64,000 bases of DNA from Octopus sinensis (GCF_006345805.1 NC_042998.1:203112001-203176000); one strand, 5' to 3'. Positions 38,699 to 51,934 are shown, counted from the stretch's first letter. A program made the numbers and translations. The notes: a model not told the origin generated them from the letters alone.

Positions 38699-39391
38699 CT
38701 TATCCAATATGGACGGTATATAGGTGTATTGGTCCAATATGGACGATGTGTAGGTCTATAGATAGATTACACTATATATTTGTACAAAAAAAAAATGAAA
38801 AAAATCTGATATATCGACCGACAGAGAGACATGTTGATCTACAGAAAGACGCGAAGAGATACCATCAAACAAACCAACAAATAAACAAAAAAATATAAAA
38901 AAATGAAATGGAAATAAGTACAGGAAAAAATGTCGTCTAAGACAGCATCAAATGAAATGTTGATAAAACTCCAATAAGTTACGAAACCAAACAAAAATAA
39001 GAAATGTTTTTGTCTGTTTTTTTCCTTTTTTTCTGTTTTACATCTCACTTGTTTATTTACATAATAATTTATGCCACGGCAAAGATTTTGGTCATGGAGC
39101 CATTACAAAAACTGATGCACCTGCCTGTGTACACACATATATAAATACATATGCATGCGTTACTTCTTGTTGCTTTTTCTTTTTACGCACAACACACATA
39201 GACACACACACACAGACACACACATATAAACAGAGAGTGTATTGAACGAAGTGTTCATGTAGTGAGCAGTCGCTGTAGAAATCTGAAAGGGTGGGTAATT
39301 TACGCAGGAGATTTATGTGTATATACTGAATATAAACAGGACACTGACGTATGTATGTATGTGTATGCATGTATGTATTTATGTATCTATG

Positions 39392-39425
<34 letters not shown>

Positions 39426-39683
39426 TGCATGCATGTATGTATGTCTGTATGAATGTGTGTATGAATGCCTGCAAGTGTTATGTATTTGTGTGCGTATATA
39501 TATATATATCAATGTAGGTATGTATGTTTCTACCTATCTATATACATATATGTATATATACATTATATATATATATACATGTATGTATGTATGTATGTAT
39601 GTACATACACGCATATATAATATATATATATTTATCACAATAAATGTGCATACAAGATTGTGTATATTGCAAGACCCGTGCAT

Positions 39684-39731
<48 letters not shown>

Positions 39732-40404
39732 TTCTCAAAGCTGAGTTTTCACCATCAACACTCAGAGTTGCGAACTTCGGAGGGTCAGGCGTTAATGAAA
39801 AGTGGTTAGTAAAGTCTTATTCAAAAGAATTATACATACACACACACACACGCGCGCGTGCACATGCAAGCACGCATGCAAGTATACACACATACGTGTG
39901 TGTTTGTATATATTGTATATTACATATATATATATACACATACAAATTATATCATGTATATATAAATATACATGTATGTATGTATACATTTGTAAGTGTA
40001 TATATAGTCTATCTATCTGTCTGTGTGTCTGTCTAGCTATGAATTTATGTAGCTATTTATCCATGTTCCTATCTGTGTTTACTTATTAGCGTTTATGTTG
40101 AGTATGTTTTATACAAGTTTTGGGAAAATGCTGAAATAATTATGCAGATTAATACATACCTCCACACAAACACACACAAACATATATATTCATATACAGA
40201 CACATGTGCACACAGATATATTTATATGCATATATGTATATCTATCCATATATACACGCCGATATGCACACGCATACAGATACACGTATGTATACACACA
40301 TATGTATATATGTGTAGGTATATCTCCCTCTCCGTTTATCAATATACGCACACATACATGCATGTATATCTATCTATCTATTTATCGATCGATCGATCTA
40401 CTTG

Positions 40405-40491
<87 letters not shown>

Positions 40492-40723
40492 GTTTAACTG
40501 TCTGTTTATTTATACACACACACACACACATATATATATATACACATATACACGTAGAAACACATATATACACACACACATTTATATACATACATATATG
40601 TATATCTATGCATATAACTATGTATGTATGTATGTATCTATCTATCTATTTATACACTCACACACACACACACACATATATATATACACATATACACATA
40701 TTAACATATATTTATATATATGT

Positions 40724-40757
<34 letters not shown>

Positions 40758-41426
40758 GCAAACATACACATTTATATACATACATATACGTATATCTGTG
40801 CATATAACTATGCATGTATGTATGTATGTATGTATGTATCTATTTAAACACACACACACATGCACACACATACACACATACACACACACATACACACACA
40901 CACACACAAACAGCTCGTACTGAAACCATCTCAGCCTTTCAAATGTACATATTTTATAACCTTTCGTGGTGACATTAAATATGCGCCATAAAGAAGCGGA
41001 ATATTCATTAGACCGACAGAAGATGAAATAGAGAGCCAAAACCGACCTTTTATTATTATCATTATTATTATTATTATTTACATTGGCTCTTCGTTGCTGC
41101 AAAGAGAAAAAACAAAATAATTATACTGCCCCGAAGTGATACACTTTATTCAGATGCAGTTTTTACAAGTTGTTGCAGACACTGCGCCTGTATGCACATC
41201 GTATGAACGCCGGTTGGTTTATGTCAAACTATATTTACTTATATATAGAAACTTGCGTAGACATTGATGTACCTATATATATATGTGCGTATGTGTGTGG
41301 GGGGGTGTATTATGTATATATACATATCTATATATACGTGGCCGCACCTCTGAGCTGGAACTAGATAGAAAAAGAAACATATATATATATGTTCATCAAT
41401 GTAATATGTATACATTTATATATGCA

Positions 41427-41457
<31 letters not shown>

Positions 41458-41472
41458 ATATATATATATATA

Positions 41473-41513
<41 letters not shown>

Positions 41514-41564
41514 TAATACATATATATATGTTCATCAATATATATATGTATATACATTTATATA

Positions 41565-41760
41565 AATGTGATCTCGTGTGTACCGTTGGCGATTTTTTTC
41601 CTCTGTCTTCCCTTCTCCTATGTTTCCGACGAAGAGCTTCGCTCGAAACGTTAAACCCTCCTTCTATCCTTCTTTCCTGAGCATCCAATAATACTATATT
41701 TGTTCCACGTCCTCGCGTTGTTGTGTTTTTTGTGCTCTTTTGTTTGGATTAACTATATAT
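41565..41760 (+). mobile_element. Penelope-type terminal-repeat module with hammerhead-like motif (41622-41656)
   Basis: gttt CCGACGA a gagc ttc gctc GAAAC GTT aaac; U4 is C; (TA)n flanks. Confidence 0.6.
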
Positions 41761-42219
41761 ATATATAGGTAGATAGATAGATGGATAGATAGATTAGTGG
41801 ACGCATATCTTGTACGTATGTATAAACACACAGACATTCATATAAACGTATGTTTTCACTCTTTATATCTTTTACCGGTTTTAGTCACTGGACTCCGGCC
41901 ATTCTGGGGCACGGCGTTCAGGAGTTTTTAGTAGCTTATGGCAAATGCAAATATAGTTATTTAGTGTTTCTTTCATGATAGGAAATGGCGAGTAGTGGTA
42001 TTGAAGCAAAAGATTATGACTGCCATACTTCGACTTTGTACTGGTTATGGGTAACAACTTCTCCTACAGCAATATATATACACATATATAGAATCGTTCA
42101 CACACTCACACACACATATGCATATACATATGCACATGTATACATATACAGATATATATGTACATATGTGTATGTGTGTGTATGTATGTGTTTGTGTTTA
42201 CATGTGTTTGTGTATTTAC

Positions 42220-42358
42220 TCCAAAGCATCATCGAGAACTTGTACTGTGTGCAACTCATCTCGTTTTCAGCTCCATCGAATTTGAAAATCTTTTCTGTTG
42301 TGTTAATAAGAACGTATTCCTTAATCGTCTGGAATTTTTCCCAAATAATTACAATTTG
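42220..42358 (-). CDS. Possible internal coding exon of an unknown host gene
   Basis: tag| QIVIIWEKFQTIKEYVLINTTEKIFKFDGAENEMSCTQYKFSMMLW |gtaaat; weak acceptor, no homology recognised. Confidence 0.2.
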
Positions 42359-42539
42359 CTATATCGACTTGAAGTAATATAAGCTGCTGAAAATCCTGGT
42401 AAAATAGAAAGCATTGTTTCTTTGCTAAGATATTATAAAACTGCAATACATATATGTCTACAGTTGTTTGTCTAATTCTGTTCGAGTCTCCTTTGAATAG
42501 TAGACTCTTTAATCATTAGTCCAGAGGTATACATATATA

Positions 42540-42768
42540 TTTCTTTATTGCCCACAGGGGGATAAACATAGAGGGGACAAACAAGGACAGACAAACGGAT
42601 TAAGTCGATTATATCGACCCTAGTGCGTAACTGGTACTTATTTAATCGACCCCGAAAGGATGAAAGGCAAAGTCGACCTCGGCGGAATTTTAAGTCAGAA
42701 CGTAGAGGCAGACGAAATACCGATAAGCATTTCGCCCGGTGTGCTAACGATTCTGCCAGCTCGCCACC
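42540..42768 (-). mobile_element. SINE B monomer (tail 1)
   Basis: Family match. Confidence 0.85.
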
Positions 42769-42852
42769 CTATACACAACTACCAAAATACATATATACCA
42801 ACATACACTCTCCAACTCATCCACACATATGCATATAAATATGCCTCACTCA

Positions 42853-42899
<47 letters not shown>

Positions 42900-43481
42900 A
42901 CAAACATACATACATACATACATACATACATACATACATACATACATACATAACATACATACATACATACATACATAGACACATGTCAATTTTCGTTATG
43001 CACTAAGTTTCGATTGTTTAACTGTATCTCATCATTGAACAAAATGTTTAGTATGCAAAATTATTTTATTTACATATTTGGGATATTCTGTTATTATCAT
43101 TGAAATAGTGAGCTGTTTTCCACTGGCACTCGAATCTTGCATACAACACCTCTAGAAATCCCATATAAACACAAATTTGTCTAGAATACGTTCTATACAT
43201 GAAGAGGGTTCTGCTAGACTGTAAATTAAGATCTTAACACATATGTTTCCAAATAAATCTTTTAATATATCTCTTTATAATATAAGAAACATTCCATGAT
43301 ATACGCACAATACACGAGCTAATAACATGAAATAGCTCAAAGTTATTCCATGTTATTAACTAGTGTATTGTGCGTATACATTCTTGCATGTATACACAAC
43401 ACTTTCCGCTGATGAGAGCGGCGTAGCAATCGAAACATTTGGGCATAATTTTATATTTACTTTGATATTAATATTCGTACT

Positions 43482-44204
43482 TTAAATTGGGAAAAATAAA
43501 TATTAATAACTATTCACTGAAAATTTCTTTAACTCTCTCTCTCTATAAAGCTGAAGTTGTCTGTGTATGGCAGGTTTGGTAGCCTTCAACTAACACTATC
43601 TCCTTCAAGACCCTGCGGCGAAAGTTGACCAAAATTGAGAGTATGATAGAAGAAGGCTTGTTCTTCCTTCCGTAGAAGAAAAAATTCAAATCGGACCCTG
43701 TTAACACCAAAAATTATTTACATCAAATGGGTGCTTATTTTTCTATGAAAATCCCTATTTTTTTTACGATTATTTGACTGCTGTGTCGCCATTTTTCGGT
43801 GTATTTCAACCAGAAAAATGTTCATTTAACGAGAATAACAAGCTACATAATGCAAACTTTTTACTTTTCAAAAATTCCAATTCTAAAGGGACGAAACAAA
43901 CCCGAGCAACGCCGGGCGATACTGCTAGTATTTTTATAGTTTTTATGGGGTTTGTTTTTGCGGAATTATGGAATTTATGTAAGAAATGTCTTCTTTTTTT
44001 TATATTTTTATGATGCTACTTTCTTTTATCGTTTTCCAAATTTCAATATGAATTTTCTTCAAAAATTATAAATAGTTTTCTTATCCATGACTGCAACTTT
44101 CTGTAAAATTTGTAAAGGAGTATATATTTCATATGAACAGAAGATGAGAAAATGGAAAAAACATTATTTTATTCTGAACTTTGTTTATTTCTTTCTTATC
44201 ATCA

Positions 44205-44247
<43 letters not shown>

Positions 44248-45350
44248 TTCCCTTCACCCTGTGATATTAATATTCGTACTTAATGTATTTTACAGTTTTA
44301 AATTTTTCTTTTGGGTACATTTAAATGAGAGATAGACTTACTCTAGACTTATTACATGAAATCAATGTCTTCTTAGCATGTTTGTGACACCAAACCGTTT
44401 TGGTGTCCCTGCAAGCACTGCATATTATGTCTGTGGAGCGCCGAATCATTTGCACGTTAATTTCTCGAGCGGGTTGTTCCGTTGGTCGGAGTCCGCTCGT
44501 CGTTGTAACCGACGAAGTGCCAATTTTTAAATACGTTTACATATTTTTACGCATACACGGATACACACGCACACAAAGTGAAAATACTCAAGTATAAAAG
44601 AAATTTATATTTGTTGAATTGATCATAATTCATACGATGGAACAAAACATTGAAGTAGGAATCAAAATATTATTTCTTTTCACAGGAAATCTCGTATTTT
44701 TGATGCTTCAGACTTTTAGTTTTTGATGTTAATACGTCAGATAAACAAAGTTATTAATACCACAATAAACAAACTTAAATAACAGTGGATTGTAAAAGTC
44801 TTAAAATGTTGATTTTCGTGTAAATCCTGAAATATTTTTACGACAAATGAGGGAGAGAGAGAGGGTGTGTGAGAGGGAGAGACAAAAAGAGAGAAAATAG
44901 GAGACAGGGAGAGAGAAAAAGCGAGAGAAAAGACAGAGGGAATGAGAAACATAGAAAGGAATAGAGAGAAATCGGAGGGCGATGAGGAAAGAAAGAAAGA
45001 GAGAGAGAAAGAGAGAGAGAGATGCTGAGGATGAGAAAGAAATAAACAAAGTTGAAAGTAAAATAATGTTTTTTCAGTTTCTCATCTGTTCATATGAAAA
45101 ATATACTCCTTTACAAATTTTACAGAAAGTTGCAGTCATGGATAAGAAAACTATTTATAATTTTTGAAGAAAATTCATATTGAAATTTGGAAAACGATAA
45201 AAGAAAGTAGCATCAAAAAATTAAAAAAAAAAGACATTTCTTACATAAATTCCATAATTCCGCAAAAACAAACCCCATCAAAACTATAAAAATATTTGAA
45301 GAAATTTTCAGTGAATAGTTATTAATATTTATTTTTCCCAATTTAAATTA
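43482..45350. repeat. Large imperfect inverted repeat, ~350-bp arms (left arm split by the Helitron), ~770-bp spacer
   Basis: 43482-43532 plus 43929-44235 correspond to the reverse complement of ~44995-45350. Confidence 0.9.
43533..43928 (+). mobile_element. Non-autonomous Helitron, complete
   Basis: 5' (tc)n-tataaagctgaag; 3' hairpin cccgagcaacgccggg + cgatactgCTAG; sits between A and T with no TSD, as shown by the empty site near 45295. Confidence 0.85.
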
Positions 45351-46004
45351 ATTAATTTTATTTTAGTTCACATTTTTCTCCTTTCTTTCATCCATAAAAA
45401 CAATATAATGTCCATAAAGTTTTCATCTTTGCACGTCTTATCTTCTAATCATTCTTCGTCTACCTTGAAACCATGTTTGTTTTTGCTTACAGAGATGCTG
45501 TCGTCTGTATTTGCGATGTCGTCTGCCACCGACTACGTTGCTATCAATATTATCGTCATCGTCGTTGTAGTTATCATTGGTCTCCACCAACCACCTCATC
45601 GAACTTACAAACATCGTGGTTGTTTCTTTCTTACAATTTCATCGCCATCACTATCGTCTTTTACTAAGTTTTCCAGAAAGAAATCGATTTTTCCAACACT
45701 ATTTTTTTTTATCTGTGACCCACAGCCAATTTTCGAAGCGCCTTTATTCAATCACGTTCTTATCTTAGTTCCTTTTATATTCAATTCCAACGTGATTTCT
45801 CATTTGTATCTGTTCGAATAATTATAGCAAATTTATATATGGTCGAAATGGCTTCCAATTTTTGAGTTTTGATACAGAATTTTGATTGAATTTCTTGTTT
45901 GGAACATCTGCACAACGTTGCTGCCGCTGCAGTTTTACCATAGTTTGTGTTCGTTTTTTCGAATCTCATTTTAGATTTTTCAACTTTTCTCCCTTTTTTT
46001 TGCA

Positions 46005-46039
<35 letters not shown>

Positions 46040-46619
46040 TATTATTATTTCTGTATTTTGTTTTTGATCGAACCATTTATAAACACAAATTTCAAAACAA
46101 AATATAGCTGATGTTTTTTTTTGGATTTATTTCAGCATGTAAAAAGAAATAAACCACATACATACATATACCTACACATAAAAAAAAAATATTTTTGACG
46201 TCTCTTTATTACTAGTTGTTTCATAATCTCTCTCTCATTCATTCGACTAATCAGACCGTCAACTTCTCAACCAAAGAAATAAAGAAGGAAAGAATTGAGG
46301 CGAATAAGCAAATACTAAATGATGTAAAGGGAAAGAAACCATCAGAAACAGCACAAAAAAATCGTGGTGGTGGTGGTAGGGGTGAAATTCTGTAAAAAGC
46401 CAAGGCGGAAAACATGGATATATATTTTGCAAAAAAAACTGTGAACGAAGTGAAGGAAAAACATCGAAAAGACCATCACCAGTTAAGAAAGATGGTTGAA
46501 ATAGAAAATATAAATGTACACCAATGGACGGTGTAGCTCAGTATTTTACAAATAGACACTGTGACGTACAAGTATGTTTTGTACACATACAGGTACAAAG
46601 CGCACATATACACACACGC

Positions 46620-46827
46620 ACGTTAGCGCGCCGGGCGAAATGCTTAGCGGTATTTCATCTGTCGTTACGTTCTGAGTTCAAATTCCGCCATGGTCGACTT
46701 TACCTTTCATCCTTTCGGGGTCGATAAATTAAGTACCAGTTTCGCACTGGGGTCGATGTAATCGACTTAATCCCTTTGTCTGTCCTTGTTTGTCCCCTCT
46801 ATGTTTAGCCCCTTGTGGGCAATAAAG

Positions 46828-46830
<3 letters not shown>
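46620..46830 (+). mobile_element. SINE B monomer (tail 1)
   Basis: Family match. Confidence 0.8.
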
Positions 46831-46864
<34 letters not shown>

Positions 46865-46867
<3 letters not shown>

Positions 46868-47085
46868 TTAATCCAAACAAGAAAGCACAAAAAAAACACA
46901 ACAACGCGAGGACGTGGAACAAATATAGTATTATTGGACGCTCAGGAAAGAAGGGATGAAGGAGGGTTTAACGTTTCAAGCGGAGCTCTTCGTCGGAAAC
47001 ATAGGAGAAGGGAAGATCCAGAGAAGAGAAGACAGAGGAAAAAAATCGCCAACGGTACACACGAGGTCACATTTTGAAAGACCGG
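46865..47085 (-). mobile_element. Penelope-type terminal-repeat module with hammerhead-like motif
   Basis: Minus strand gttt CCGACGA a gagc tcc gctt GAAAC GTT aaac. Confidence 0.6.
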
Positions 47086-47176
47086 AAGGAAATAATACAT
47101 ACATACATACATACACATACATACATACATACATACATACATACATACATACATACATACATACGTACATACATGC

Positions 47177-47240
<64 letters not shown>

Positions 47241-47945
47241 GTCACCTTGATCACCTTGACTGACCAGTCCGTCGGGCGTCCATTCACACCGATGGTCACA
47301 GCACGCTGTCCACTCCTCTCTAGATCGCGCCTTTCTCATCCACGTGATCCCAATCGCCCTCCTGAAATCGTAACTCCACCGTCGTGGGGGCCTTCCGAGT
47401 AGTCGTTTCCGCTCGCGCGGGTACCACTCGACAGCTGCGCGGGTCCACCGATTATCAGCGAGCCGGGCGACGTGTCCAGCCCATCTAAACTTGTGTGTAT
47501 ATTCTACGATGACATCCCTCACGCCGGATTTCTCTTGATGACCTCACTACTGATGTGCTCTCTCTCTCTTCTCTCTCTCTCTCTCTCTTCTCTCAACGAA
47601 ATTCCAAGCATTGACCGCTCCATGGCTCTTTGAGCCGTTACCAATCTCCACAGCAGGTCTCAAGATGAACCGCATGAAAACGAAGTTCATGCAGTCAGAC
47701 AACGTACCAACAGGTCGAATGGTGATCGGCAGTGATGAAATAGAGGAGGTAAAGGAATATGTCTACCTGGGACAGGAAGTGAATGTGTGTCGAGATATCG
47801 AAAAGGAGATCTCACGGAGAGTAAGGGCCGGATGGAAGGCGTTTAATGGCATAAGGGATGTGCTCGAGGGAAAGTTGGACAGGACAACCCGCGGCAACCT
47901 CATCAACTGTACAGTTCTACCTGCAAGTTATATGGTAGGGAAATA
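47241..47945 (-). mobile_element. RTE LINE with 5' inversion
   Basis: 47241-47545 (-): KFRWAGHVARLADNRW...GRPPRRW to the 3' end; 47595-47945 (+): GLKMNRMKTKFM...EYVYLGQEV...EISRRVRAGWKAF...TVLPA. Confidence 0.85.
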
Positions 47946-48004
47946 TGGGCTACAACAAACAGAGAACTGGTATATATATATATATATGTATGTATATATA
48001 TATA

Positions 48005-48036
<32 letters not shown>

Positions 48037-48067
48037 TATGTATATATGTGTGTGTGTGTGTGTGTGT

Positions 48068-48367
48068 GTGGAGGCGCAATGGCCCAGTGGTTAGGGCAGC
48101 GGACTCGCGGTCGTAGGATCCGGGTTTCGATTCCCATACCAGGCGTTGTGAGTGTTTATTGAGCGAAAACACCTAAAAGCTCCACGAGGCTCCGGCAGGG
48201 AGTAGTGGTGAACCCTGCTGTACTCTTTCACCACTCTTTCTCTCTCTTTCTTCTATTGGCCTGCTCGCTTAGCCAGCGGGGTGGCGTCATTCGAAGGCTA
48301 AAACAATGCGAACGCATTGTGACCAGCGATGTGTAGCAACATCTGATGGTCTGGTCGGTCACGTGAT

Positions 48368-48375
<8 letters not shown>
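48068..48375 (+). mobile_element. SINE C, tail type II (RTE-like)
   Basis: A box TGGCCCAGTGG, B box GGTTTCGATTCC; ends ggtcggtcacgtgatcacgtgat. Confidence 0.85.
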
Positions 48376-48411
<36 letters not shown>

Positions 48412-48694
48412 GTATACCACATGGAATATACATAAAGCAACTGAGACATTCCGAGTGCATCCCTGAAAACCCACCACACGCAATAGAGGACCGGACAGAT
48501 TGGAGAAAACGAGTCACTACGATCCGAGCAATAAGCACGACCGGATGATGATGATGATGATGATGATGATATATATGTTTATACACGCGCGCGCGGGGGG
48601 AGGATGTTCGGGCTAAATTTGACGGTTCCTGTGTCTCCTTTTTCGGGAACAGCTTGATGTATACACGGATACACACGCACACAAAGTGAAAATA

Positions 48695-48888
48695 TATATA
48701 AAGCTGAAGTTGTCTGTGTGTGGCAGGTTCGGTAGCCTTCAACTAACACTATCTCCTCCGAGACCCTGTGGCGCAAGTTGACCAAAATTGAGAGTATGGT
48801 AGAAGAAGGGTTGCTCTTCCTTCCATAGAAGAAAAACTTCAAATCGGACCATGTTAACACCAATAATTATTTACATCAAAAGGGTGCT
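48695..48888 (+). mobile_element. 3'-truncated Helitron, same family as 43533-43928
   Basis: tataaagctgaagttgtctgtg...acatcaaaagggtgct. Confidence 0.8.
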
Positions 48889-49169
48889 CCACGACGGTGG
48901 AGTTACGATTTCAGGAGGGCGATTGGGATCATTGATGAACAGTGAACGGCATTAGGAAGCATAAGTATTAAAGGTGTAGTGGAGAAAAGGTTGACTGAGA
49001 TGAAGGATCGGAAGCCATCTGGAAATTGGGAAAGAGTTTTCTGAATCATTTCGCATTGGGTATCAAAATGGTGACATCTTGACTTCTGTACAGAGAGCTC
49101 TTTATGACGTGACCTGGATAGCTGCAGCGGTGACTACGGAACCGTGGCCAGGAAGGGACACGGTAAACG

Positions 49170-49545
49170 TTCTGACTGAGTCTGTTCGCTGGAATTCATT
49201 GTTAGGCTCGATCCAGATGGCTATGAGGAGCTACTAGAGACTGTGGTCAAATCCTGGCCGAAGAGGGGGTTGCTGGTGGAAAGCCATATCTGTGGCAGTA
49301 AGATTGGGCTCGTTACCATACCTCCAGAAAGATTCAGAAATGGCTGCCGTAGAATTTCTAGGACGTCACCTGATTCCGCTGGTTGTAAAAGACAACCGAT
49401 CTCCCTGCAGTATCGAGACCAAGTTGGTGACTAAGGTCAAGTAGGTGCTTGGAGATCTTCCCAAGGTTACAGTAAGGAACGCATGCACCAAGTTCAGGAA
49501 ACGTTTTGAGGCCGTGGTGGAAGCTAAGGGCCAGCAATTTTAAGA
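49170..49545 (+). mobile_element. Degraded Tc1/mariner (maT-like) transposase C-terminus
   Basis: DGYEELLETVVKSW...GKPYLWQ*DWARYHTSRKIQKWL...VRNACTKFRKRFEAVVEAKG; SPD motif region missing. Confidence 0.65.
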
Positions 49546-49559
49546 GTTAAGCGATTACA

Positions 49560-51520
49560 CGAACCCCGAAAAGATGAAAGTCTAAGTTGATTTGAACGTC
49601 AAGAGCCGGAGCAAATGTCGCTAAGCATTTTGTCCGATGCTTTGACGATTATGCCAGCTTGCCACCTTTATACTAATAATAATAATAATAATGCTCCCTA
49701 CTATAAGCACAAGTCCTGAAGCCGTGGGGGAGGGGCACTTATCTGGCTATTATTTTATCGACGTCGAAAGGATAAAAAGCAGCGTCAACATCAGCGGTAT
49801 TTGAACTCAGAACTTAGCGGGAAAATGTCACGAAGCACATTGTCCACTGCACTAAATGAAATATTGTTTGTGTTATTAATATTAATGTAAGGTGGCAAAA
49901 CTGGCAGAATCGTTAGCGCGTTGGACGAAATGCTTAGGGGTAGTTCGTCCGTTGGTACGTCCTTAGTTCAAATTCCACCGAGGTCGGCTTTGCCTTTCAA
50001 CCTTTTGGGATCGATAAATTAAGTACCGGTAAAACACTGGGGTCGATCTTATCGACTGGCCCCTTTTTCCAAAAATTCCGGGCCTTGTGCCTAGAGTAGA
50101 AACGAATATTAATGTAAGGTGGCGAGCTAACAGAATCGTTAGCACGCTGGACGAAATGCCCGTCGCTACATTCTGAGTTCAAATGCCGCCGAGGTCGGCT
50201 TTGCTTTTTATGCTTTCGGGGTCAATAAATTAGGCACCAATGAAATTCTGGGGGCATTGTAATCGACTAGCTCCATTCCCCCTAAAAACGTCAGGCCTTG
50301 TGCCTATAATAAAAAGGGTTATTAACATTAATGCATTATAATTTAAGCTTGTGGGACGACGGTCTGTCATCGTTTCAGGATTGATGAAATAAAGTACCAG
50401 TTAAATACTGAGGTCCATATAATCAGTTACACCCCCTTCCTTCTAGAATGTGTGACCATGTCGCTATGTAAGCCATCATTCATACACTTCTTCATATGGT
50501 GGTCAACTGGTAGAATCGTTAATACACCGGACAAGATGCTTACACGCATTTCGTCCGGCTTACGTTCACAGTTTAAATTCCACCGCGATCAACGCTGCCT
50601 TTTATTCTTTCAGGGGGTCGATAAAATAAGTACCAGTTGTGTACTGGGCTCGATACGATCGACTTTCGCCCTCCCTCGAAGCTCTGGACTTGGGGCAAAA
50701 ATTCAAACCAATATTACTGTTGTTCATATTGTTACTGTTGTAGTTAGGAAACACTGATGCTGGTGGCGATGGGGGGGGGGGATAGTTGTGAGGCGGTGAT
50801 CTGGCAGAAACGTTAGCACGCCGGGCGAAATGCCAAGCGGTACTTCGTCTGACTTCTGAGTTCAAATTCCGCCGAGATCAACTTTGCCTTTCATCCTTTC
50901 GGGGTCGATTAAATAAGTACCAGTTACGCACTGGGGTCGATATAATCGACTTAATCCGTTTGTCTGTCCTTGTTTGTCTCCTCTATGTTTAGCCCTTTGT
51001 GGGTAGTAAAGAAATAGGTACTTCGTGTGTCTTTCGGGGTCGATTAAATAAGTACCAGTTAAGCACTGGGGTCGATGTAATCGACTTAATCCGTTTGTCT
51101 GTCCTTGTTTGTCCCTTCTGTGTTTAGCCCTTTGTGGGTAGTAAAGAAATATGTATTTCGTCTGCTGCTACGTTCTGAGTTCAAATTCCGCCGAGGTCAA
51201 CTTTGCCTTTCATCCTTTCGGGGTCGATAAATTAAGTACCAGTTACGCACTGGGGTCGATGTAATCGACTTAATCCGTTTGTCTGTCCTTGTTTGTCCCC
51301 TCTGTGTTTTACCCTTTGTGGGTAGTAAAGAAATAGGTATTTCGTATGCCGCTACGTTCTGAGTTCAAATTCCGCCGAGGTCAACTTTGCCTTTCATTCT
51401 TTCGGGGTCGATAAATTAAGTACCAGTGGAACACTGGGGTCGATGTAACCCGCTTAATCCCTTTGTCTGTCCTTGTTTGTCCCCTCTATGTTTTAGCTCC
51501 TTGTGGGTAGTAAAGAAATA
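49560..51520. mobile_element. Dense SINE B cluster; 50790-51520 is a head-to-tail array of ~4 units
   Basis: About 10 cores; array units restart at ggta(c/t)ttcgt after the tail aaagaaata. Confidence 0.85.
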
Positions 51521-51764
51521 AGATATTTGTGAGGGTGATGGTGATAGTGGTGATGATGGTGATGATGATGTTGCTGTTGTTTTCAAAGTGAAGTTCTTTT
51601 TGTTATGAAACCCTTCCATTGCCGCTGTTGTTGTTGTTGTTGTTGTTGCTGTTGTTGTTGTTGTTGTTGTCGTTGATTTTCTTATTTCTGTCTTGTATTT
51701 ATTTTGGAACTGATTTTTCTTTTCCCTCTCCTTTTGTTGTTGTTATTGCAATTAATGTTGCTGC

Positions 51765-51796
<32 letters not shown>

Positions 51797-51864
51797 CATA
51801 TCACTAAAAGCTTTCAACGGTTTTATTGTAGAAAACAAACACCAAATTGCAAAGCACCCGATTC

Positions 51865-51934
<70 letters not shown>

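Noticed and set aside
44553-44586. 34-bp identity with 48661-48694
   Set aside because: Low-complexity (CA-rich) and probably a fragment of an unrecognised dispersed repeat; no further structure
48068-48140. tRNA gene (also other SINE heads)
   Set aside because: Heads run into SINE bodies and lack a convincing acceptor stem; treated as SINE heads
50790-51520. Regularly spaced repeats as a CRISPR array
   Set aside because: Units are whole ~185-bp SINE bodies with no unique spacers; no cas genes; eukaryotic context
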